From Vicugna vicugna (taxonomy: Eukaryota), in contig MU058844.1 of assembly GCA_013265495.1 (NCBI GenBank), positions 5,703,260 through 5,767,259 on the forward strand: a stretch of DNA of 64,000 nucleotides, given 5' to 3'. Positions 24,726-36,330 of this stretch are shown piece by piece (the stretch's first letter is position 1; every line of letters starts with the position of its first letter). The notes beneath the pieces are model-generated. The model was not told the origin of the DNA, did no database searches, and was given only the letters and a program-made list of their open reading frames with translations. A program made the position numbers and the translations under genes.

Positions 24726-27567
24726 AGCAAAGTAATGAGTCTTGGGAAAGACGCATCCATGGGGAAAATTCTGAGCTGGCCATTGAGCTCTGTGTCGTGA
24801 GGAGGGTGGCCCATATGTTAGATGTTTGTGGGCAGCTGCATGGGTACAGGGATGCCCCCAAAACTCTAGCTGCTTTGATATGCTTTTTTGAGTAACTGCA
24901 CGTTTGCACTGTGGCAAAAAAGGAAAACAAATGACTTCTGCAGGGGTCTGGCCGCAACTATGGACAGTTTGGCCAGCCACCAATGCCCAGTTCAAGGCTG
25001 AAGCTTGAGTTGGAAAGTTGGAAGAAGAGCTGAAGTTATAGGGGGACATGTGGTTTCCCACCATTCTGTTAGCTTCGTGGCTAGCAGGCAAGATGGGAGA
25101 ATAGAATAATAAGTTAGAGACCTGGAAGTTTACAGACTACTGCAAATTAACATTCAAGTGCTTACCAAACCTGCTTAGGACATTAAGAGGTAGACTCTGG
25201 GGGAGTGAGGAGAGCAAAAGGGAAGAGGCTGTGAGATTGATAATGAAATAAACAGAGTGTCCCATTCTATCCAACCCTTAATACAAAGGAAAAATTTAAA
25301 TAGTGATTATCCTAGATTTCTGATAATAGAAAAATATACCCCAAAACTCCTATGAGAAAACTTGCATTCTTTCTCTGTCCCTTGAAGTTGTAAATCTTAT
25401 CACATCTACAAATTGTAAACACTACCTACCATTGCTTGAGGAAAAAAAAAAAAAAAGGAGAGGAGAGGTTTTTTAAAATACAGACTGCTCTAAAAGCTCT
25501 CTTGTCCAAAATCTAGTTTGCAGTGACCAAGGGCTAAAGTTTTGAAATAAAAGCCATGGGGTTTGTGTTTGTGTCTGTCTCTCTGTATATGTCTATGGAT
25601 ATATGTTATGGACGTTCAATGTTTTTCTACTTTCAGAGGTTTTGCCAAAATTAATTTATAAAAGAGCTCTACTTCATTGACTTAAAGAGCAATAAGCTTT
25701 ACTCTCAGTACTGTATTTATGTAAAACTGAACTGAACGTTCTTTCATATGCTAAAAAGGTGAGGTTTTCTTGGGTTGTTGGTTTGTTCTTGATAGGAATA
25801 TAAAAGGTTTTTTCTTTACTTAACAAGTAATCTGCCTAGAAAACAAAGATTCCGTGTTTTATCAGAATAATTTCCTGTGCTTCATTTTTTCTTTATCAGA
25901 TCTTTGACTACTTAAGAAAACCAAGCCTTCTCTAGTAAAAGAGCTATGGTTTGTCTGTTTGTTTTTTGCAACTATATAACTCCCTACTTTTGCCTTTGAA
26001 ATCTTCAGTTGTCTCTTTGGTTAAATGGATAACTAAATATTGTTTCATAGTAAATTATGATACTATTTAATCAAGTATTGTAAAACCTTTTAATATTTTT
26101 AACAAAATTCCGCCAAATCAAATTCTGAACCTTAAACTAACTCTAGAATTTTCCAGAGGGCCCCTGAAACATCTCAAAAAATGTGTTCTCTCTCCTTTTA
26201 AAAGAAAAATATCAAACTAAGTAGGCTTGTTTAATACGTTAAATTTCATGGTGAATATGGTATTATCCATTACTTCTGTTCACTGTGAGATTTAAGACTA
26301 TTTTATGAAGTGGAAAAAAAAGGTATTTACATTTTTGACTTACTGTATGGTCCTGCCATGACTTTACCACTACAGAGTCCTTTTTCCCCCCGTCTGTGAC
26401 CCTTCAGTCCACTGCAGCAATCGCAGGGAGGATGGCCTTGAATAGGAAGAGCAGCAGCAGCTCTTGGGAAGCAGCATTAGGTCTCAGACTCACTTTTGGA
26501 AAGAACCTGACAACTGCTTGTTTCTGCCCCCAATTGATGTGTCAGTTCAGATCACTGATGCCAAAAACCAGAAAGGCAAAGTTATCAGAAAATCTCGAGT
26601 AAATTAGAAGGATATCCTCCAGCCACAAATTCTCTTATCCTTCAGCACACAAAGCTAATGTTCCAGGAGTTTAGTTGTTGAGCTGGTAAAGGAGATTGTC
26701 ACACCCTGAAGTCCATGGGGAACCATGTCAAGCTGAATCCACAGAACACACTATTTTATACTTACTTTTAAAGACACAGTGCATGGAAGGAACTTTTACT
26801 GCAATTTATAAAAGTAATAATCTCACTATACTAATACTTGTCTATCTTTGCCTTTCTTTTTTGGTAACTGAAGATTTCATGTAATTATCTGCAATGTGAG
26901 TTGATATTAAAATATCAAATGGTAATTAGGTGAGGAAAGTAAAATTCAGTAAGCAAATACAATTATTAAAATTTCTGCTGTCCCCATTTTTTAAAAAATC
27001 TTTGGTTCTGGTATAATAATGTCATAGTAACTTTTTCTCTTACATAAGAGAATGGCTATACTTACTTTTCAATGATTCTGCTTTGTTCAAAGAAATACAT
27101 GCCCTGCATTCAAAAACTGTGATAACAAAAGAATTATTTTATAAGAAATTTAATTATAATACTCCCTATCCTTGGGTGGAGTAGAGTTATTTCTTGTGTA
27201 ATTTGATGAAATGGTATTTCATTAGAGGCAAACCTATACTTATTAGAAAACGATGGTTTCGTGGATATGCAAATGAGATAGCTATTCATCCTTTTACTTC
27301 GTCACCTCCATACTAGCCATAAAGAAATTAGAATGCTACAGCTACAATCTTTGAATTTGTAAAGTCAGTTAGCGTCTTTCTTTAATGGGAATGTTAGGAG
27401 GTAGCATAAGATTTTTTCCTCTTTGGGGAAGACCAAAGCTCTGAAAAGATATCTGGACTATTAACCTGTAAACCAGACAACAGCTCAAAAATTCAAGGAA
27501 TGAAAATGGAGTTGAGGATAATCTCTGAAATAATTCTACCTTGGTAACCTAAGAAAATGACTGAGAT

Positions 27568-28054
27568 TGTTACTGAGTCCAAACTCATTCTGCTTGCTGC
27601 ACAACAGGCCAATAAATCGGGAGACAAAGGTGTTGGGGCAAGGAATAATGACTTTATTGGGAAGGCTGGCCGACCAAGAAGATGGCAGACTAAAGTCCTT
27701 GAGAATCGTCTTCCCCACATCAGAATTCAGGCTCCTTTTATACTAAAAAGGAGAGGTGGCGTGGTTGTTGCAAACTTCTTGATGTTGGAATCCTTTGTTC
27801 TTACAGCTGTCCACATGGGTCAGGTCATGGTGTCCCTGTAAACCACCAAATGTTATTTTCTATTCTGCAACTTTTTATCTTTATATAAATGGAAAAGTGT
27901 TAATACCCTTGAGGTCAGAGCCTTGAGAATGGGCTATATTTCAAGCTATAGACAACATTCTTTTACAAAAGGTGCAGAACCAGCATGACTGAGCACAGGG
28001 TTAGAGCCAAAGGAACAGATCAATATGGAGTCAGATTTGTTCTTTTCTGTTACA
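27568..28054 (-). mobile_element. Solo ERV1-type LTR (MER41-like) with 4-bp TSD
   Basis: TGT...ACA termini flanked by AGAT on both sides (27564-27567, 28055-28058). Minus-strand AATAAA near 27655. Confidence 0.85.
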
Positions 28055-28306
28055 AGATCACAGCAACAGGATTTACTTCAACAGGTAAAAAAATAAAGTC
28101 AGGTAAGAAGAGAAGAAACTCTTGTCTAGGTCAGCTCCTCTGGAGGGAGGATATGAATAGCGAAAGAAACTAGTAGAAGGAGTTGGAAAGATGTTGAAGA
28201 GATAAGCAGTTGAAGATCAAGTTAAGATAAAAATTAGCTACAAAACATTTTTTCTTACAAAGACAGTGGAAGCAAAAAGGCATATTGCCACTTGTTATTC
28301 CGGTCT

Positions 28307-28945
28307 TCTTGCTGAAACTTGGCTTCCATACCCCACTTACCACATTGAGACTCAAGGACTGAGTTTTGGATGAAGTAGAAAAGGCAGCTTTATTTCTTTG
28401 CCAGGCAAAGGAAGTCACAGTGGGCTAATGCCTCCAAGACTGTGAGCCTGCCGGGGAGAGAAGGTAGAGGGCGTCATAGGAAGGGTTCAAGAGGTGGCAC
28501 TGGTTTCCATAGAGATCACATACAGGGTAACAATTTGTTGTGTTGTCCTTATTTTTGTAGTTGCAGTGATCCCTTTTCTTCTGCTGGGTGTGATGTTCAC
28601 CTCCAACTTCAGAACTCTTCTAATATTCTTGTGCTTAGAACAAAGAGTGCTTAGGGAAGGGGTCTGTGGAAAAGTGCTCTAGAGAAAAACTTGGGCAGTT
28701 TAAAGTCAGGTTGATACATGCTTCTGTTATTTTGGGCAGGCTGAGGCTTGGGACCTCTTGCTGTGGTGTTTGCATAGGTTGGGATTGCACCTGGAAAAAC
28801 AGAATACAAAGAAACTACAAGAAGCTAAAAATAACTGCAGACATGCACAGTTGGGGCGAGTTCTGGTCAACAAGGTGCACAAAACACTCAGCTGCTGTTT
28901 CTGAGGTATCGGGAGCAAAATGAGGGGAATGGGCACATCACCCAA
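28307..28945. mobile_element. ERV1-type LTR-derived sequence, possibly two fragments
   Basis: GAGTTTTGGATGAAGTAGAAAAGGCAGCTTTATTTCTTTGCCAGGCAAAGG resembles the minus-strand R/U5 of laurasiatherian ERV1 LTRs, and GCTAAAAATAACTGCAGACATGCACAGTTGGGGC resembles an LTR U3. Ends and TSD not resolved. Confidence 0.6.
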
Positions 28946-29099
28946 GTCCCTCCCTCCTCTCCAGCCTAACCCTGGTCAGCAAAAGAATGAGAAGAGCCCT
29001 TTAAACCATTATGCAGTTAAGAAATTTCAAACACCACTACCAATACCAGATGGTCACCAAAATGACAGTCTCTCTGCTCCTTCTGAGTTAGGTGTCTGT

Positions 29100-29285
29100 C
29101 CTCTGTGTTCTAACAGAACTATGTTGGTGTACTTTCCACTTCACATCATGTTATTGGCTTACCTCCCTCTCCAGTCAAATTAGGAGCAGACTGAAAGCAG
29201 CATGAAGTCTGTTATTTCTTTATCCTCAGTGCTTAGCACAAGATCTGGAATATACTGTTTATCAACTATCTGTCAAATGAGTGAA
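29100..29285 (+). mobile_element. L2 3' end
   Basis: TTCTTTATCCTCAGTGCTTAGCACAAGATCTGG...TGTCAAATGAGTGAA. Confidence 0.55.
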
Positions 29286-31050
29286 CCAGATTTAGTACTA
29301 TGCTCCTGAGAGACACCAAATAATCAAGTAAACATCCAAAACCAAAATAAGTATTACTCTAGAGTAAAATCTGAGACGATATGGAAGCACACACAGTTGA
29401 TACAGTTCCAATTACATGCAAAGACACTTAATACTGTTTAGCCTATATGTAAATAATGATTTATAGACAAATGTTAATTGTACTTTAGGAATTTTAAAAT
29501 ATTGAAAGTAGTTTATTAATGCTTCTGTTTATTAATTGATCCCTAGTTGGACTCTAGTGAGCTAGATTTCTAGAACTCAAGAAATCCAGGAGAGCTGAGG
29601 TCTGGAGTGTTTCTGGACCTAGACTAAAGCTGAGTTTATGGATGAATATTAGATGATCCTCTCTCAAGATAGGAAATCTGCCAACCTTGGAAAACGACAG
29701 GCTGCCATCTCACATCACAGTTCTTTAAAGTTAACTGATTTATTACTGACCATTCTTTTTACATAGTTGCAAGGGAAAGCACTAAGGAGAGTTGGGAAAC
29801 ATCACACCCACAAATCAGTGTTTGCCCCAAGGTGAATCCAGACATTTGAAAGAGGCTTATACTGAAGGTAAAGATTAACGTCACAACTTGATTAGGAAAT
29901 ATCCATTGAAGAAAAGTAGAGACACCTAAGTTAAACCAATTGCTATGTTTATCTTAAGTATATTTATCTGTGTATAAAATCCTTGATTCAAATAAATATT
30001 CTGAAATCTAGAGGAGATGGCAATTAATGGGCTAGGTAGATTAAGTGGGAAGTGAAAAGAGTTTCAAGAAAACAGAAAAGTGAGAAAGCTGAGCTTAAGT
30101 TTTTGGACTTCACCTTTAAGAGAGTAACAGAATCCCGATCTGTATTACTATTAAAAGGCAAAACAGAAGGCAGATGATTGAGAGTATTAGAATGTCTATC
30201 TTAGCACAGAAATGATATTCCAAAATTTTTACCCAAGAGAATTTTTTTGTTGTCTATAGAATGATAAAGTTCTTTGTCACCTTCATCTCTGGTGACTGTG
30301 GAATAGAGAACTGAGAAATGACGGGAGTTACGTATGGTACAGTGAAAAAGAAAATTCACCTTCTCATTTGTGTCAGTCAAGCTAGAGACCTTATTCTCAT
30401 GCCTTTCTCCCTTCTAATGTCTAGTCTTGCTTCTGAATCTTCTGCCAGAGGAAGATGGAAAATATAGACCATTTTTATTACAGTCAAGTTGAGAAATAAA
30501 GATTGATTTGCTTAAGATCAGTTAAATTAAGCATGAGGGAGGCAAGAATTTCCTGTTTCCTAAAATCTGATGCTGATGCTAAGCATATTAAGAATGTTTA
30601 AAGTTGCTGAAAGTATTGTGATTTAGAACAAAATACAACAGTCATATGTAAAGTAACTGTCAACGTTTATAATATCTTTTAATTCATCTTTTCCCTAGAA
30701 GAAAATAATTCCAAAGTCTAAGGAACACTGATAAGATTATGACTTAGAAAGTATTACTAATGATAAATGATAATGTAGAATTATCTTATTAAGCTTTGTA
30801 AATTTGTTTTTTCTGAAAGATATCTAAGAATTATATGCACAGAATGTCATCATTTCTTACTAAGCTGTATTTTCTTTAATTTTAGGTGGGGTCTACTAAA
30901 TCTATTAATGCAAAGTTGTCATGCATGCCAATAGTAAAACTCTCACTGGAATAACATAATGTCATTTTAATGCAAAATATAGATTTAAAAGATCCATACA
31001 AATGAAAAATGGAACGTAATTTTGAGGTTAGCACATGAAGTTTGTTAAAG

Positions 31051-31116
31051 AAGCAAATAGTGAACATATAGGTCTTTATCAAGCAAATAGTGAATCTTAA
31101 ATAGGTCCTTATCAAG
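31051..31116. repeat. Imperfect ~30-bp tandem duplication
   Basis: AAGCAAATAGTGAACATATAGGTCTTTATC / AAGCAAATAGTGAATCTTAAATAGGTCCTTATC. Confidence 0.85.
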
Positions 31117-31272
31117 TTTATTTTCTATTTGCATAGTCTCTTATTAGCTACTTGACCTAGTGGGGTGTCACTTAAGAGCTTTAACTACATAGTTGAAATT
31201 TTGATTTTTTTTTTGGATTAAATTGAATCTAGGGGTTTGCACTCCAAAATATTAACTTTTTTGAGGACATTT

Positions 31273-31410
31273 ATGCCAAATCAAAAATTTCACTAAGCAA
31301 AGTTAAATATGTAAGGAAGACTTTATTCTAGGCTGTTACAGCGGGGATACAGTTAGAATGCAGTATGAAATCAACTCTGCTGAAACAAAGGGCTACAGGG
31401 TTTAAAAGGA
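31273..31410 (-). mobile_element. Short old ERV LTR fragment
   Basis: AAGGAAGACTTTATTCTAGGCTGTTACAGCGGGG...AACTCTGCTGAAACAAAGGGC resembles an antisense ERV1 LTR 3' end with its polyA signal. Confidence 0.45.
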
Positions 31411-31565
31411 ATCATTTACTTTTAATTTATGCTTTGAACATGTATTTTAGGAGCACTTTGCTCATTTCTTGATACAAATATTGGATGTGCCAATATGGAG
31501 CTTAAAATATGGTATTTGTGAATTATTTATACCTTTCATGTAATATAGTGTTAATAAAGTTTTCT

Positions 31566-31760
31566 GAAGGAGATGGGGTAAGGGAGAGAGGGAGTGTAGA
31601 ATGGAAAGAGACAGAGAAGCGAGACAGAAGAGAGAGAGGAAAAGATAAGCAAGGAATAAAAGAAAGAGAGAGAAGAAAGTCCAAAGACAAGATGGGGAGA
31701 GTAAAGGAGAAGGAAGGGGAAGGGAAAGGAAAGGAAGAAGAGAAAAAGATGAAAAATCAG
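31566..31760. repeat. GA-rich low-complexity tract
   Basis: Almost entirely purines on the plus strand. Confidence 0.85.
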
Positions 31761-32624
31761 GACTTTTCCACTTAAATTTATCTCCTTCCTCTATGATAAA
31801 CTCAGTGCACCTGTCAAGACTTCTGCCCCAAAAGACTGACGCCTGCCATCTGTTAGCTGTTCAGTCTAGTCATCATTTAGCTTGCTGATAACAATGGTCC
31901 AGTGTAGAAATACAGTTCAAGATAAAGCACCCATTTGGTAACTATTATTTTTCTTACTTGCCTAACTTAGTTCTTTCTTGTTAGTTATCAAATATTCTTA
32001 CGTCTGCTTTTTTAACACATCTCTTTCTGACCAACCTCTTTTTCAGAAGTGCCTCAAGGTATTGTAAAATTTTTATAATCCAAATACACTTTTGTGAATC
32101 TCTTAAACACATTGTGTCTTTCCTCTGCCTGTCCCATACCCTGTCATTCTTTCAAAAATGTAACATAAAATAAAAATTAAAATTATTCATATAAATAGTT
32201 GTAATTTTAATGGTTGGTACCAATAAGTATGTGCACCCTCCTAGAATTTTAATTAATTAACCAGTTAATACACACAATGCCACATGCAAACAATTGTAAT
32301 TGTCATTTGGTATGTATATTTTTATATACAATGTGTATTTTACATATAAGAGACACAAGTGCATTTAAACAAAAAACTTCTCATTGATAAATTCGACTTC
32401 CAGTGTTTAAAATATATTTCCAAATCTACTAAATGTTTGTCTCAAGATTGTCCCGAATATGGCTTGAACACTACTAAACCATAATAATTGTGAGAATTTT
32501 ACAATTGAATAATCTCTTTTTGACTGAGAGAAATCAGTCTATTTGGTTAGTTTTGCATAATCTGGTTTATTTCTACATTGTCCAAATAGAATGAATATTT
32601 TGTAGATAATTTAAAAATTAGTAG

Positions 32625-33001
32625 CATGATAGACTGAATGTTTATGTCACCCCAAATTTATATGTTGAAATCGTAACTGCCAGTGTGATGTTATTTGGCC
32701 GTGGGGCCTCTGGGAAGTAATTAGGTTTGGATGAGGTCATGAGGGTGACCCTTACCCACCATGGGATTAGTGTTCATATAATAAGAAGAAGCTAGACCAG
32801 AACTCTTTCTCTCTCTGCCATGGGAGGACATAATGAGAAGGTGGCTTTCTATATGCCAGGAAAACTGTTCTCATGAGAAACTGAATCTGCTGGTACTTTG
32901 ATTTAGGACTTCCTAGCTTCCAGAACTGTGAGAAATAAATGTCTTCTCTTTTAAGTTACCCAGAGTATATTTTGTTATAACAGCCAAAACTAAATAAGAT
33001 A
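32625..33001 (+). mobile_element. MaLR solo LTR (MLT1A-like)
   Basis: AGACTGAATGTTTATGTCACCCCAAATTTATATGTTGAAA...GGACTTCCTAGCTTCCAGAACTGTGAGAAATAAATG...TTTTGTTATAACAGCC. Confidence 0.88.
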
Positions 33002-34739
33002 AGATTATAGATATTTTGAATGATTACAGTGAATGGTTAGTACAGTTCAATTTAAATATCTTATGATTAACTGAACAATTCATTATATTCTCTACTCTCA
33101 CTATCCTTCTTTCCATATTAAACACAGATGTTTTTTGGACACTTTGATACATATTAGGCTCTCTGTAGACACTACATGGAGTCAGGGAATTTACAGTATT
33201 CAATGACTCTTCCACCATAGTTATCTAGGACTGGCCTCCTATTTATGTTTGAGAGAAGGGACCAAGGAAGACATAACTTTTACTATCTCATGGACCTGTC
33301 CACTTTTTCTAAGGGAAAGAAAGCAGTAATTGTCTAAATGTGTTTTTATAGACATGTGCTGAACTAAACAGCACAGATGGAAGAAGATAATCTACCTTTA
33401 AAATACAGGTACACAACTGTAAAAAACTGAGATAAATCGAAGTGTGAAGTTCAAGGGAAAACTAGGAAATTTCAAATTAATTTTATTGTGGAAGTAAATA
33501 ATTTTCTCATTCAGATGAAAACCAAATTAACATTTTAAAGATAGTTAAGTAAAAATGTGCTTATTGTATGATGGTTATTATTAATTAGGTTAAATACAAA
33601 TTTATTGGTACATATTAAATGCTTCTGATATTTGAAGAGTTTAAGAATCAATTTTATAGGTACTCTCATACACTTAAAATATTACTGAAATAGTCATGTG
33701 CATTTATAACTATACAATATAAAATATATTAGCCTTATGAATATTTAATTTTTAGTGAGAATGGAAATACTGTTTTTAGATGATTAAAATACATGTAGAC
33801 ACTAAGGAAATGTTGGCTACTGTATATTTTATCACTGATCAAAAGATAAATTATATATTACTCTTCACATTTTATACTTAAATACTGCACTTTAAGAAAA
33901 CATTCTTAAGGGAGGATTTTTAATATAAGAAAATTGCTCTAAAATAGTTTAAAATACCACTAATTATAATCCTCAATAATTAAACTTAGAAAAAAGACTA
34001 ATTTTTCAATGCCTTTATGAAATAAATCTTGACTATATCTGAAATATTTTAATCATTTTTAATTTTTAGCATCTCAGGGTTTCATAATGAAACATTACTG
34101 TTTGATTAAAATTTTTCCATGGGTTATACAAAGTGTTGATTTTTTTAACTTCCTGCTTTGAGACTTATTATTTATAGCTTTAATGAAAAATTTTAAATAC
34201 AGATTTTTATATTTTGATTTTTATATACTTTTAAAATAGAGTTACTACACTATAATATGTACAAAGATTAACATTTTTATTTATCTCTGTGCCATTATAT
34301 AACAGCTTTTCAATTATTTTTTGTTATATATAATACCTAACACATAAATAACTTTATAAATGTAGTAACTCTTACTGTAAAGGCTGTGTTTTGAATTATA
34401 GTTGTCTTCCCTGAGTAAGATGTGTGTTTATTTGTTCTCTAGCTCTCAATAATTTTTTACTTAAAAGATTTCACATATGGCATATATTTATTTTGCTGGC
34501 GTTTCACATATGTCCACATATGCTGTTATTACAATGGCAAGTGGCAGAAACATTTACACATCCTCCCTGGAGACACCTACCAACATCCTGAACCTTAAAT
34601 ATTTATACAAGTAAAATCAGAAGAAAAATGAACAGTTCAAAGTTAAAGTAACTCAGCATACAGGAAATAAAATATCTTGAACAGGATGCAGCAGAAACTA
34701 TAGTCCACTGAAATGGATCCACTATGAATTCCCTTCAAT

Positions 34740-35050
34740 CAGTTGGGAAGTTGTATGCTCTGTTTCAAATAGTTTAGTAATTACTCTAGTAATTTAAATA
34801 CACATGCTTAATTTTAAAGTCCAATGTCTGTCATTTTTTCCTCCTCCTGCATAATTTAGGATATTAGAACATTTTAACATCATTCACTTCCACAGCTTAT
34901 TTACAATGACTATTTTTATCTTAATTCTGTTTTACTTTCTTTTTCTTAAACTCCAAAAGATACGATGGGTATTGCTTTATGTCATCAATATTTATTTCAG
35001 TTTACTGACATACCACTCCCTTTTGTTGTTCTTTTTTTCTTTCTTCATTT
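34740..35050 (-). mobile_element. Old L1/HAL1-like fragment
   Basis: AT-rich antisense stretch resembling the ORF1-distal region of L1M/HAL1; recognised by eye only. Confidence 0.4.
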
Positions 35051-35064
35051 TTTACGAATTGTTA

Positions 35065-36330
35065 CAAATTGACCGATTCTCAAATTACTCTGAAATTGGA
35101 AAGGACCTAGAATAGTCAGAACCATACTAAAACCTAACATAAATTTGAATGTCATACACTGCCTGATTTCAAGACTTATTATATGGCTTCATTCATCAGT
35201 AAATGTGTTATTGACATAAAAATCAGCAAATAAAACAATGGAACAAAGTCTACACATAATAGACTATAGTAGATACACACTACATAGCCAAGTGGTTTTC
35301 TGCAAAGGTGCCAAGACAGTTCGGTGGGCCACATAAAATCTGACTTTACACACAAAAATTATTTTGAGCTAAATTATATGTAAATGTAACGTTTTTAAAC
35401 TCTTAAAGTTTCTAAGAGAAAATATAGAAAAAAAGAACTTTACCTCCTTGAAAATACAAACCACAGCCTCAAAGGAAATATTTGATACGCATCTCTCTTG
35501 ACAAAGAAAATTGTATCTAAAACGCATGAAGAAATGTCAAATGTGATGAAAAATGGGTGAAATCTACACAAATCTTGAATAAGAACATGGAAAAGTGCTC
35601 AACTTCATCAGTCACTAGGAAATACAATTGAAATTACAATGAGATATGACTTCATGTCTACTAGAATGTCTAAAATTAAAATAACTGACAACAGACAAAA
35701 TTGTGGATAGAAACTGTCATAATTTGCTGGTGGTGTATAAAATTTTCAGCTATTTTGGAAAAGTATTTAGTAGTTTCTTATAGACACCACAGTGTAGCTA
35801 AATTTTTGCCAAAGAGAAATGCAAAAAAAAAAGTCTGCAATATTACTTGTATAAGGATGTGTAGAGAGGTTTAAAAACTGGAAAGTACCAAATGTCCATT
35901 AACAGGGATAATGGATAAATTGTAATATATTCATGAAATTTAACACTACAGTATTTGCAGCAGTGAACTATGCATGTGTCAACAGTGGATCTCCAATAAA
36001 TCAATAAAAAATGTTAAAAAAAAAATACAGTGGCTCTCCATTGTACTATGTGAGCATAGGAAGCCAGACATAAAAGAGTATGTACTATAAATACCATTTT
36101 TATGAGGTTTAGAAACAGGCCAGATTAATTTATGAGCTAGAAATAAAAACAAATCTATGCAGAGAGGAGTTTGATAGGAAGGGACCATAATGAAACTCTG
36201 TGATGGAAAATTTCTATACCCTGATTGGTGATTAGTTGTGTGATGTATAAATATGTCAAAACTTATCTTCAAAAACTCTTATGAGCGATACAGTTTACTG
36301 TATGTAAACTTTAACTTCAATTTTAAAACT
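35065..36330 (+). mobile_element. Old L1M ORF2 end and 3' UTR, degraded
   Basis: ACTGCCTGATTTCAAGACTTATTATA, AAAGGTGCCAAGACA, GAAAAGTGCTCAACTTCATCAGTCA, CCAAATGTCCATTAACAGG and AGAGTATGTACTATAAATACCATTTTTATGA occur in L1 order. Confidence 0.8.

Larger units (their letters stand above)
24323..26261 (+). mobile_element. 5' half of the same ERV (5' LTR, PBS, AT-rich non-coding internal sequence of ERV1/MER4-group type)
   Basis: The LTR is homologous to 10349-10743 and is preceded by CTTAC (24318-24322). A PBS follows. The internal sequence ends in AAATTTCATGGTGAATATGGT, which overlaps the start of the minus-strand half. Confidence 0.88.

Noticed and set aside
24394..25091. Longest supplied ORFs (187 aa and 171 aa, minus; 113 aa, plus)
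   Set aside because: They lie across the 5' LTR and leader and contain no gag or other protein motif. Their similarity to ORF 10383-10670 only reflects LTR-LTR homology.
31509..31775. 88-aa charged ORF
   Set aside because: It is a translation of the GA-rich low-complexity tract.
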